Assembly: GCA_002269645.1 (NCBI GenBank)
Contig: NIVC01000102.1
Coordinates: 825,950 to 889,949 of the forward strand
Source of the DNA: Macrostomum lignano
Lineage: Eukaryota
DNA length: 64,000 nucleotides
Direction of reading: 5' to 3'
Part shown: positions 34,674 to 47,080 of the stretch, in pieces
How positions within the stretch are numbered: the first letter of the stretch is position 1
How the letters are laid out: the number at the start of each line of letters is the position of its first letter
Position numbers and translations under genes: made by a program
The notes under the pieces: generated by a model
Seen by the model: the letters and a program-made list of their open reading frames with translations, nothing else
Told to the model about the DNA's origin: nothing
Databases searched by the model: none

Positions 34674-37600
34674 TGTTGGATTAACGCATACTCACAGTTA
34701 TGTTCTTCTATGGCCCAAAGTATGCACTAGTATAAGTGCTCGGCTATCCCGCGACAATAAATAAAATATAATAACCTACTGTCAGAATCAAGGCTGCATT
34801 ACTTGGGCGCACCAGCCCCAAAACAGAACATGGCGTCGCAAGCAGTTATCTGACCTGCTGCTAGCATCAATCTGATCAGCAAGAATGAGCAAAAGCCCGA
34901 ATCCAGCGATGGGATAAAAAACCCCGCGATCGATATCGCCTACGAGACCAGTGACAAGCCAAGGAGCAGGAGCCGCTGCTGTGACTGCAAGTACCAGTCG
35001 GTTCAGCCTTCCTGGGCTACAGATCCCGCGTCTCGATCTTGCAACAGATACTATAGACGAGTTTGACGCATGGCAAGCGACCATCGAGGCCTATTTCGAG
35101 GCAATGGGCGTCAAGCTGAGCGAAGCGGACAGCCCCGAAGTGAAGGCGCAGCAATCCGCCCACCCAGAACAAGTGATCAATACCATTCGTACGCTTGAAA
35201 AATATTTCATCACAGAGGACGACCTAATAAATGAATTTCCAAGGGTATTCGATGGCATCGTAAGGCCTATGAAAGGCGAAACGTTCAAAATTAAGCTGCG
35301 TGACGACGCTCAACCATTTTCAGTGAAGACACCCAGAAGAATTCCATTCCCTATGTACAATAGATTGAAAATGGAGCTGGACGCACTTGAGTAACAGTGC
35401 ATAATCTGCAAACTGACAACCCCGACTCACTGGTGCGTACCTATTGTGGTCGCGCCGAAAAAAAGTTAGTGGAATCCGCTTGTGATTGGACTTCAGACAG
35501 CTTAATAAATACGTCATCAGACCCAGATATCAGTCTCAAACTACTCTTGAAATAATAGACAGCACTGATGCTTCTAGAGCCAAGTCTTTCACCGGCGTTG
35601 ATGCACTTAAGTCTTAAGGGATATCACCAGATACCACTAGATGAAGAAAGCATGCATGCACCTATGGACTTTCATCACACCTCTGGGAAGATATATGTAT
35701 AAGATGGCTCCATTCGGCATAAGTTCGATTGCCAAATTCTACAATCAACGGTTGGATGACACGTTTGAAGACCTGAACTACGTTCGTCATGTCTGCTTGA
35801 TTTCGAGTAATGACCGAGAATCGCCCGTGCAAGCAGTTCGGAAATTTCTTTAACGCTGTCAGGATAACGGAATCTCCTTAAATAAAAAAAATTGCATTTT
35901 GCAGAACGCAAGTAAGCTTTGCGGGATTTCGCGTATCGGCAGATTGCTACTGTATCGAACCAGAGCTCGTGAAAGCTATCAGCAAATTTCCAGCGCCTAA
36001 AAATATTACTGATCTTCGAGCATTCTTTGGTCTCGTGAACCAAGTTGGAAAATTCACTCCAGAATTTGCAGAGGTAACTGGCCTGCTGAGACCGCTGCTA
36101 TCAGAGAAGAATTGTTTGAGTGGGGACAAGAGCAGCAAGACGCTTTTCGAAAAGGCCCGCAGCAACCTCGCAAACACGCCTTACCCTTGCCTAGTATGAC
36201 CAGCGCAAACTCATGGCCTTGCACACAGATGCATCCCGCTTAAGGGAATCGGATTCTTGCTCAAGCAGAGACAAGCCGATGGAAGCTGGCGAGTAGTCCA
36301 GGCGGGATCCAGATTCATCTCTGATACCGAATTTAGATACGCAATGATTGAGCTAGAACTGTTGGCTGTGGTCTGGGCGACTCAGAAATGTAGACTTTTC
36401 CTAGAAGGTGTGCCTGAATTCGACATCGTTACTTACCACAAGCCCCTAGTTCCGATTCTGAACAGCTACCAGCTGGACCAGATCGAGAATCCCAGAATCC
36501 AGCGCCTGAGAGCTAAACTGGATCTCTATGCGTACAAAGCAAGATGGGTTAAATGCAAAGAATAATGCCGACGCTGACGCTCTATCGAGAGCACCTGTAG
36601 ATTATCCGACTCAACAAGACGAGTTAGTGGAATCAGCAGACCTTCACCTGTCACAACTGCTCATCATGATTCTACAAAGTGCAGAACTGGACCCTAGCTT
36701 GCGCAGAGTGCAAGAGAGCGCGACTGTTGATCAGAATCTGCAGGACCTAAAGAATTTCCAAACGACAAGGCCAATATGCCCAACAATGTGCGACCATTCT
36801 GGAATGTGCGCGAAAAGCCTATCGTCGAAGACGGGATCATCCTCTGCGGAAGTCGATGCATCGTGCCAGGAGCTTTGAGAAAGCAGGTTCTTACACAGCT
36901 GCACTCAAGCCACCAAGGACTTACCAAGACAAAACAGAGGGCTAGAATGGCCGTGTACTGGCCAGGCATCGACCGAGACATTGAGAGCACTATAAGAAAA
37001 TGTAAGTCGTGCTAGGAACACCTCCCGTCACAAGTTAGAGAGCCCATGAGCACATTAAATCCACCAGAACGATGTTTTCAGCACGTTTACACAGATTTCT
37101 GTGAACACGCCAACAAAAAGTTCCTGGTAATCGTGGACGCCCATTCCGGTTGGCCATCCCTATGGAACTTTGGTGTTCGAGCACCAACTTAAAAACTCAT
37201 TAACGCGTGTCGAGAACTTTTCTTTCATACATCAGTGCCTGAAAAACTTTGCTGAGACTCCGGTCCTCAATTTAAAGCAACACATTTTGTTAATTTTTTT
37301 GAGTCGCTGGGGAGTGCAGATTCAAAACTCATCTCCTTATCATCATCAAAGTTACGGCAAATCTTAGGCTGCTGTCAAGAGCGTAAAGAAAATTTTGCGT
37401 GGAGCACGGAACGACCATGCAAATGACGTTCACAAAGATAAATTAGCGCAAGGCTTGCTGCAACTGCGTAATACTCCGCTGTATGATGGTAGAGTGCCTT
37501 CTATCATGGTATTTGGACACCCAGTACACGGGATACTTCACTAGTTCACCGAAAGAGTTTTGCCAAGGTTTGAAAGGATAAGATCTACGATTCTACGAGA

Positions 37601-38260
37601 TGGAGAGGACTGCAGCGAGATTTCAGGCGCGCGTTCAAGAGCACTACGATGCGACAAAACGATGTTGCGACAAAACTATGCCACCCCTCCACATTGGAGC
37701 TCATGTTGTTCTTCAGAGTCCAGTAACAAAGCATTGGGAAGCTAAAGGGATAATTGTAGAAGTTGGCAAGCACCGAGACTACTACGTCAAGCTGGCCAGT
37801 AGCCGGATCCTGCGTCGAAACCGCGTATTTATCCGGAAGAGTCTGCCGCAGGAGCAGCTAATTAGCCTCAATTCGCCTGTCAAGAATGTTACCAGCCCGC
37901 CAGCCAGAGTTGTACACGCACCGGTGCCCAAGCCGACAACTACAAATAATGTCCCATGGCGAAGTCAACGATTGAACAAAGGGGTTCCAAAACGCAGGTT
38001 TCGATACAAGAAGTTCGGAGAACCCGAGATCTCTTGACGAGAAGGAGAGGGGAAGAGAATATTACTTGAATGCGATAAACCGTTACGCTCGTAAAAGGGG
38101 AGATTTTGGATTAACGCATACTCACCATTATGTTCTTCTATGTCCCAAAGTATGCACTAGTATAAGTGCTCAACTATCCCGCGATAATAAAGAAAATATA
38201 ATAACCTACTGCCAGAATTATGGCAGCATTACTTGGGCGCACCAGCCCCAAAACAGAACA
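34674..38260 (+). mobile_element. Gypsy LTR retrotransposon, internally deleted and degenerate, inserted in PKD1-like coding sequence
   Basis: 157-bp LTRs at 34674-34830 and 38104-38260. TSD GTCAC (34669-73 and 38261-65). PBS TGGCGTCGCAAGCA at 34831; PPT aaaaggggaga. Gag start joins RT directly; RNase H YAMIELELLAVVWA; integrase HSSHQG…YWPGID. Confidence 0.95.
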
Positions 38261-38699
38261 GTCACAAAGGTGGCTGTTGTGCTTTACTCTTTCTGGAAAC
38301 CGTCTTCCTCATCCAATTCATGAAGGTACTCCTCATCGGATAAATTTTTGTAATTATGATACGCAAAGACAGTGACTTAAAAAACTCGGGCGTGCGTCAG
38401 GGTGATGGACATCGACAGCCAGCTTTGCGAAGGCAATGCCTCGTTGTCTACCTGAGTCTGTCGTGCCAGCGCTTTTCTCTGCAGAAAGTCCGGCTCGGTC
38501 TAAGTTTATTGCTGATAATGCGGTATACGGCTTTCTGCTGGCATCACCTTGCCTGAGCCGAATTGAAACTGTCAACTTGATGCAGTCGGCAGGCTTCGCA
38601 ATTCGCATCGCAAATCGATGTCAGCAATGCCACAGATTCTATTGATCTTTCAACTGGCTTCAATGCGACCATCAAAATGCCGCAGTCACTCTATGAATT

Positions 38700-39600
38700 C
38701 AATTGAGTGAATGCCCACCACACAAAAAAATCAAGCTGGAACTCAGTTTATTCTATCCAGATGCCTCAATGTTCCCTTACACTGTCTTCGCCATCAACTG
38801 CGAGTCTTTTGGAGGCTGCGAGTTCGCTTGGAACATTTACTCTGCGCCACTCAGGTTGGAGTCTTGGGTACACCACTGTGACTTTCGGATACAAGGTGTT
38901 TACTACGTCTGGCTGGAACCTCCTGGTCTCTGCGACCTTTTTGTAACCAGCGATAGCCTGGATCTGCCCGCTTCTCAGGTGCCTGGCGTCTACTGGCGTC
39001 TCAAATCTACAGGCTGTGATGCAGTTGAATCAGGATTTCTGCAACTGCCTTGCTGACGACACATTCTTGCTTCAGCTTTAGCTGTTTCAGCTCGCTAGGC
39101 TCACCCGAAATCTAAGGCACTTTGTCGCCACAGTAAGCTGCTGTGTGACTCGATTGGTTGCCTACCTTGCTTCACTGTCTCTGGTGTTTTCTGCCTTTGC
39201 CTGCGTGTTGTACCTTTCCATGGGCTCTCAACTCCGTCAGTTCAGCCCGATGCCCGCCACTCTGTCGCTCTGCAACGCTGCCCTTGGATCAGATATCACA
39301 TTTTCGCAACTTCATGGAGCGGAGCTTCTTTAAACAGGTCTACATTCTGGCTTTGTGTGCTTTTTTATTCTGGTGTTGATAAGCATACTTGTGGCAGTGA
39401 TCAAACAGCATCGGTTTGGGCAAGTCAAGGACAGGCAACGAGGATCCAAATCAGCAGCTGCGAGCTACTCTGTTGAAGATCTTCGCAATATTTTAGCACC
39501 CAGATAGCATCAAACTAAACGGCTGAGAACTATTCGTGGGTTGTCGGCTTTGTCGGTTAAGGTTACGGTAAAGGTTTTGGTTCAGGCTATGGATGCTTTG
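38700..39600 (+). pseudogene. Possible adhesion-GPCR-like (GPS + 7TM) remnant
   Basis: VYWRLKSTGC…/FCNCL (GPS-like); VAYLASLSLVFSAFACVLYLSMGSQLR…LSLCNAAL (TM1-2-like); YILALCAFLFW (TM3-like). Stops and frameshifts; the motif match is loose. Confidence 0.35.
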
Positions 39601-39619
39601 ATAGCGCCTATTTCCACTC

Positions 39620-42600
39620 CAATTCCACTGACCCGAGCAAGCAGTTGTCAGCATCCGTCAGTTGCCTGAAAGCAACTTTAACGAATCATGCTGGGCCATT
39701 ATTTTTTACCACTGAGCACGCCATTAGACAGGTCAAAACAAACTAAATAACCAGGAATCAGACAGGTTGAATGGCGCCGAGCTGTGACGTGAAATAACTT
39801 GCTACAACTACAAAACCCCTCGACATCAGCAATCAAGGACAAATCAAATGTTGGGGAATCCAAAAAAGACTCTCGATCAGAGAACGTGGTTGCAGTCACA
39901 GAGGAAAAGAGCACCTCAGCAGACTGAGACGTGGAATATTCGGCCACTGCTAAGAAAACGATTCAAAGACGATCCAAAATCGTCAAAATGGTGTTCAACC
40001 GCAGATTTTCTGGTCGACAGCCTCTAGATGGAATGTCGACACGATTCTGAACGAACACCTTGCGAAGCTTCTCTATGTTAATGATCCAGCAGAGTGCTGT
40101 TAAACTGTTAGTCCAGAAAAAGCGATCAGCGCCTGGGAATTTTTGAGAGACCCGGTACATAAGGCGCGATAGGATCAAGGCACCTAGCAACTCCACGCGA
40201 GCAATTGACAGATTCAATAACGGTGTAACGCGAGACTTTGCCATAATGGGCACCATGTCGACGGCACCGTCGTCAGATTCAGCACGTGCGTAGATGCAAG
40301 CAGCAAAGGCCAACTCGATAGCATCACAGAAGCCGTGCAGTTGAATTTTTGTTGGCTTGGCGCTAAGCTTGCGGAAGTAAATATCGAAAAAAACTGAAAT
40401 ATGCAGCCATACCAAGACTGCTGCAAGGATTGCCAAGCCTGGGATATGTCAGGTGGAAGAGGCTCATTCCAGTCGACTGTTTGACACACAGCTCCTGAAG
40501 CAATATTCTGAAAGAAATAAATGCATGACAAACTAGTCCAAGAGAATCGTACACTGAGGACAGCTTACTCAGTATTGAACAATGCTCGCTGTGAACACAA
40601 GCCAATTCACGGCAGTCCATACGAAAGACATCACTACCCCAGCAACAGATGAGCCCCAGGACCTTTAGACGTGACCCATATCTTGTTACGTAAGATTTTC
40701 GTTGAATAAAGCAGAATTCAACATCCACTGACGCATATTCATACCAACCAGCAAGATCAAACAATTTTTCGTATATTTGTACAGAGCCATAGCTTCTGCT
40801 TCAGAACTAACAACTGGTCACGAAATTATCGACGTAAAGGTCTTTCTAAACGATGATACTGGCACATTCCGGAAAAGCAGACTCAATTGTGTCTGGATGG
40901 TAGATCGGAGCACACCTGGCGAACATGTCAAACCTAATGGCAGATGACAGATTTGCTTATTGTCTGCCAAATTGGGCCACAGAAAACGCAACATATTGCG
41001 ATCGCTAGCATGAATCGAAATTTTGAGAAATGCTTTCTCAATGTCACAAAGGATAGCAACGGAAATTGCAACAGGGTTACGACGGAAGCGCAAGAGAATA
41101 TCGGAAATTTAAGGAAAATCTGTCGGCCCGACTTGTAAATGGTCGCTGATTGATTAATCTTTCCTGAAAGCTCGTGCAGAACCGTCAAAGACAATACACA
41201 GTTTCGTGTGCTCATGACACAGCTATGAGGAAGATAATGACAGTCATTATCCTGCTGTAGGTCGGCGTCACCCACTTTCTCAATGAAGCCTCTGGCTTCC
41301 TGCTCACGGGTGATCTCAAATGCTTTCTCGACTGTATCTGGTTGGCGTGAGAGAGCGCGCATAGTCGAGTCCAAACACACTTGTACGCGAGATCAAAGTG
41401 ATTGCGTAGCATGAGTGAGCCATCTGGATGCTTCCAAGGAATCTTGACTTCTTAGCGTCCATTGATTAGTTGCGGGTCGCAAGCAAAGTCATCGATCAAA
41501 GACTGATATTGAATTTCTAAGATACTTACATGTAGCTTCTAGCTTCTAAGCGCTAGAATCGGGACCAAGTCACAGAAGGTCCGCAACAGTACAGCAAAGA
41601 ACTTAAGAAGCTTCGCTGAGCTCGTTCGCTGCTGAATTGCTCAAAGGAATGTCGGAGCCCTCAGGCAGCTTAACCGGCCCCGCAAAGGACGAAACCTAAT
41701 TTTATGGATACAGCTGACGGTCCAGATGATCCGCACGTCACGTCACCGCCTACAATATCGTAATATAATCAGCTCCAATCAACACAAGTTGGCGTTCTTT
41801 CATCGCATGGGACGTGCGGATCTGCTAAGTCTAAATTGCAAAGATGAGGAAACTGGTTCACTAAGACTGAGCGCTGAGGCTGACAGATATCATTGACCAT
41901 ATTAGCGCGGATGTTCAGAACGTGACGTGGTTCTATCTTCTTGACTGATGTAATTGTTGCATTGATACCGGTGAAGGTCGACACATTCAATGGCTCACTT
42001 CTGATTTCCATGATACCTATAAGATCACATATATTCTTTCTGATGTAGGATATGTTGCTAGGTGTATCGAGTAGCATTATAATCACTCGCTGACTGCCAG
42101 CACTAAGCAGTATAGCTTTGACAACAAAAAGGGCTAATGAAGGATTGCTGCTAATGGAAATGTTCGAAAAAATGATCAGAGACGTGATTCGGTGAACCAA
42201 CTGGTGCTGGCTTGTCAGGAGTGGCGGTGACTGAGCTCCCAGCATCAAACTGAGTTTGAATTATCAGGTTGGGGACGAGCAGAGGGCTCGAGAATCGAAG
42301 ACTCAGTGGAAACTTCATTTGTTGGTAAGCACTGATTATTTGACCTTGACTGCCCTCAGAGTTGCTTTGCTGCGGACTTAGCCGCGTGTAAATCCTGGTG
42401 ATGATAGTTTTAGCTGGAGCTTTGTTGCAAATGCTCATGTGATAATCAGCTCCCCCTACAGGCTCTGCACTGCCAAGGATCACAGCACACGCGAGCACCA
42501 TGACCTGTGCGCAAGCATCGAAAGCAAGGGCTTTCCTTGTGCTTTCCTGGTGCAGCAAGGGCTTTCCTTGTGTCCTGAATTGCAGTAGGTACAAAATACT

Positions 42601-44299
42601 TTTCCAGGTTTATTTGATGTGCTCTTCGAGCTAGATTGAACTGTCGAGTTGAAAGTGAAGGCTTCGGTGAGCCTCCGGACCAGTTGAGATCATGTCCAGT
42701 CTTCTTGCCAACCAAAACAGCCTTCTCACGAACCTCATTTTTTGGCTTAAAAGATATGTAAAAGAGTCCCTAACTGAATTGCATTGCGATTCTATATAAG
42801 CGGCTGGTATTAGCATGTCCAACCTTAACTTATCTGGACACCGCTCGAGTAGGTTTGGCAGCAACAATGTCTCATACGAGGCAGGTTGCACATTCTGAGC
42901 TTTAAGTCTGCGCTCGCCAGCGGAAACATCGTCATGAAATTGTTGCAGGCTTGAAAGCGAGGTGTCAGCTAGCCTAAACTCTGACAGCTGATGCATGGAG
43001 TCTCTGACTATCAGATCTGGCTTGCAGAACCGATTTCGCAGAATGGTGACCGCAGCTGCGTAGTTCGCGCCAGTCACTGCCAGACTTGGCCAAGTCGGAG
43101 AGAGAAGCGAGCAAATAACTGAATTTGTGAATATCACCGAGCGATGAATTTGAATCCACTGATGACAAAAACTGATCCCAGGGGGTCTTCTAACATGCAA
43201 CTGTCCCATTAAAGGTCGGTAGCTGACACTTAGGTAGCTTCACCTGAGGTTGAGCACAGCTTCAGGGCTGCTGTTGCGTCACATTTGAACTGAGGGAATT
43301 ATCTGGCAATTTAATACACTTGCGGCAGCGAAACGAACATTCATGGCTCTCAGCCAACTCCGATTTCATCTTATCTTTGGATAGATCTACCTGAATCTCC
43401 CCATCTGCATCTTTTAAAGCCTTCAGATTCTTCTTCAGAACCTCGGTCTACGCACGCATCTGCATCAGCGTTGGATTCGGCATTCCACCAAGTTAGCGAC
43501 AAGAGCATGTTGACCTTCGCGCGAGTCCGAGTGACCTCTGCTCTAATCAGAGCAGTTAGAGCAGCTTAACTGCATGAGGAATCCGCAAGCAAAATGACAA
43601 AGTAAAATTTACGCGGGTTTAAGTAAGACAGTGAAAAAGATATAACGTGTAATGAGTAGTGAGGGAACAGTATGAATATATGAGTTTTAATTTAAAAAGC
43701 AAATAAAAACAGCCCAAATGAAAACTTGGCTTGCAGACGAATCGATGTCTTCTTCAGGCTGCTGTCCAGTCCGTCCATCCTGAGTCCTGAATCCTGAGTG
43801 AGCACTGAGTCAGAAGCTTCGACCACGAAGAGACCAGAGGCCGTCGAGCGCGAATTCCAGCGAAACGAGACAAACGAAGAGACCAAGTCCGTGAAGACGG
43901 AAATCCTGCTGAGACGTATAAAAATAGACGACCAGAGCTGACAATAATTCAATTACGAGCTCGTACGAGCGTAGCAATAAACACAGTTTATTTAACTGGA
44001 GTTGTTACAAACAAGCTAATTAAATAAGTAGCAGTCAGACAGGTTGGGCAGCGCCGGGCCCAAATCAGTACATTTAAGCCTTAATTACAGAAAATTACGG
44101 TGGGGTGGTTGAGTGCAATATAAGACAAGGAGGGTGGGGTACGCGACGAAAGAAAGAGGCGAGATTGAGCAGCCAATCAGAAGGCAACGTGGGGGAGAGA
44201 TAAAAATAACAAGACTGAAGTGGACAGAGAGGGACAGAAAACAGAGTAAACAGAGGCAAGTGCAAGGTGAACTAAGAAATAAGGAAGAAAGTCGCTACA
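39620..44299 (-). mobile_element. Bel/Pao LTR retrotransposon, degenerate and 3'-truncated
   Basis: Gag YLLASL…ANYAAAVTILRNRF. RT RFRRNPVA…CDIEKAFLKI…DRNMLRFLW. SSVYDSLGL. RNase H/A17 LHGFCDA…AKSRVTP…SIARVELLGA. Probable 5' LTR starts TGTAGCGAC at 44299. Confidence 0.9.
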
Positions 44300-44962
44300 A
44301 ACTGTAAATGCGCTCGTTTATGGCTTTTAAAAGTTTTGTACCTGCCTGTATCATATTACATATCCGTATATCGAAAGAGTTACAAAAAGCACAGTCGGAA
44401 AGAATTCTAAACTTTAAAAATCATTTACGTGTTGTTGATGCGCTTAGGCAAGTAATATAGTAATAGTGGGATTATTTATCGAAGTTTGGCTTCGGTTTTA
44501 ATTGGGGCACTTGATGTTAGCTCGGTACTCTTTGGCTTTAAACCTGGCTTCTTGCTCTACTTTACCCAATGAATGCTTATTAGACCTGACTAAATGCTAC
44601 AGTGACAGGCCTAGTGACCATAGACAAGTGAAATTCAGCTTTGTCCCTTTGGCACATCTTGCTTGGAATCAATTCAGCCCAAGTAGGCTGCGAAAGCTCT
44701 GATGAGCGAACGCATCAAAATGGAAAGAAAAGCCATAGACTATGGTAGCCGCTTCAAATTACTGAACCGACTACTCCTCTACAGGGCCCATGCACGTACT
44801 GGTTAAATGATTCTGCAGCTGCTTATGGTCTGGATAGAAGCAGAAAGAATAGTAAAAAAGATTTTTGTTGTCTATCGTTAGATCGTAATAACAGTACACG
44901 ATAGGATTTTTATTTCCTTAAGAAACACCAATTTTGGACTTCATAAAAAGCTTTTATCCTAG

Positions 44963-45235
44963 CAGGGGTTGGCAAACGTTTTACCGAATAGGCCAGATAA
45001 AAAATCTAACGAATGACTCCGGGTCAGAGAGCGAAAGAGATAATATGGAATAGAGGAGAATAGAGGAGAATAGTTAGAGAGAGAAGGGAGAGGAGATTAA
45101 AGAGGAGAGAGCTGAGAAGAGACAAACCTTGAGCGGGGCCGGATTGCTATTGTGAAGTTTCAAAGAACCCGAGGGCCGGATAGAGAGGCTTCGCAAGCCG
45201 CATGTGGCCCTCAGGCCAGAGTTTGCCGACCCCTG
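44963..45235. mobile_element. hAT-like MITE (273 bp)
   Basis: 15-bp TIRs CAGGGGTTGGCAAAC / GTTTGCCGACCCCTG (1 mismatch), flanked on both sides by TCCTAG. Confidence 0.8.
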
Positions 45236-46046
45236 TCCTAGATCATTCAATTCAAAAGGTACAGTTGCATGAATGACACAGCCTACCATTCGAAATGATT
45301 TAACAGTGCACTACTGCACAATCCTCTTATTAACTAAGAGCCAATGCTTCTGCAGTTCAGTTGTGGTTTGCTACCCCTTTACCAGAAAAAACTTCTATAA
45401 AGCACTTTTAAGTCCCGATATTCAGGTTTCACTCTAAAATAGCTGTCACGTACCTATAATGGATCAGGTGTCGATCCTTCGTCAGTTGGTAACAATGACG
45501 TTTCTCCTGTGTTTGCGACCGGTTTGGTTGATTGACTGATGGAACATTTTGCTGCGTGCAGCTCAATCTATGTTGCAGCTTTAGAAAAGCCAGCTCTTGT
45601 ATTTCAAGATGCAGATCAGAGATGGTAAACGTATTTAAGCTCAGGCTTGATATTCCAGCTAGCGCTCGTCTCTATAGAGGCATAGCTCGATACAGGATCG
45701 ACTGAGTGACCATAGAGAGAGTGGAAAGAACTCGCAGTTGAATAAGAGATCAACTGTCTGTGGCCCTACTCTTTTATCTGTAGAACTCTTTAAGCTGAGA
45801 ATTCCGAAGGAAATGCACTGACTGGTCTGTTATGTCTATGGCTCCAGCTCACAAGCCCATAAAGAAAGCTTGATCGATAAGCGACGGTGTACTGCAGACC
45901 AAACTCTAAAGCTGATTTGTAGAAGTTGAGTTTCTCTTTTACGCATCTTTTTTAAGTTCTATTGCTCGTAGTGCACATGTTTAAGCTCATATTCATGGAT
46001 GTAGGAATACTATGCCCTTAGGAAACTATAAATCAATAAAAGTTAA

Positions 46047-46140
46047 AATAATCCCCCGTAGGATTTGATTTGCTGTTGAATCAGTCTGTCAGTCTGGATT
46101 CCCAGCAGCTCAACAGCGAATCGAATCCAGGGGGATTATT
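46047..46140. mobile_element. 94-bp palindromic MITE-like element
   Basis: aataatccccc…ggatttgatttgctgttga pairs with the reverse complement of the right arm (about 30 bp, imperfect). Confidence 0.6.
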
Positions 46141-46292
46141 TTACCATCAGCTAAATTGACCATAAATTATTTCAGGTGAGCAACCCATATTACTCGTATT
46201 CCTTCATTTATGTCATAGCCCAACTCACTTTAGGTATCTACTTCTCGTATTGGCTGTCAATGGTAGCGATAAGAGGATCGTTCGTCGGATGT

Positions 46293-46293
<1 letters not shown>

Positions 46294-46341
<48 letters not shown>
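46294..46341. repeat. (CAGA)12 microsatellite
   Basis: Directly visible. Confidence 0.97.
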
Positions 46342-46342
<1 letters not shown>

Positions 46343-46355
46343 CCGCTGTCCCATC

Positions 46356-46985
46356 CGCCCCCCAGTTATGCAGATGTCGACTCCCCTCGGGTGTCCCCAG
46401 CAGTCGCAACCCGTCGGTCACTGGCGACGCCTCGGTCGGCGCCAGGAAGTCAAAGGCGGCCGCTGGAGGCAAACTGGCAAAACTTCGGTTGCTGTCGATT
46501 TTTGCCGGACGGTCAGAAAGGCTGTGAATAAAAAAAATATACGGCCAGAAACCGGTTGGCAACGGGATGGCATCCAGATAGCAACAGGGTAGCAACCGGA
46601 TAGCAACAGGGTAGCAACCAGGTAGCAACAGGGTAGCGATCTGAGGACAGCCAAGACATTGTTCTCTTTTTTGCTATCAATGTCTTCTTGCTTTAAATAA
46701 GGTGCAACCGCATTCCCACTACTACTGACTGAGTAGTGCCTTAGTGCATTGTATTCAAAATTGTTTTGTCTGCAATGTCTCGCTCACTGCACCGAGCTTC
46801 ACATCTCTCTGCTTTCCTGTATAGAGTCAATTTATATTCATGTGGCACTACAAAACTGCATTTGGCTGCACTCCGCAGAACAAAATCGCCGAGAAAACCT
46901 CACTTCATTGCTATATACCGAATATTCATTCCTCCGGGAATTGTCGATGTCCGCAGGTGAAAATGCAAAATAGAAGTACATAGAA
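46356..46985. mobile_element. Dispersed non-coding repeat, copy 2 (about 3 minisatellite units)
   Basis: Homologous to 4144-5210. Confidence 0.7.
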
Positions 46986-47080
46986 AATTAGAAAACCTTT
47001 GGAAACTTTCTCATGTCTATGAAAATTCTAAAAAGGGAACGAAAGAAGCAAATTCTGCATGCACTGGATATATAAATGTA

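Larger units (their letters stand above)
6202..38370 (+). pseudogene. Polycystin-1/PKD1-like receptor gene, degenerate and split by many TE insertions
   Basis: Motifs appear in PKD1-family order: WSC (6202-6456), C-type lectin (about 7905-8385), PKD repeat (20543-20759), GPS (about 33198), TM1, PLAT, the HLW…FSRLQR…NAMF TM block (34083-34350), and TM4-5 (34575-34673 + 38261-38370). Multiple stops and frameshifts. Confidence 0.8.
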
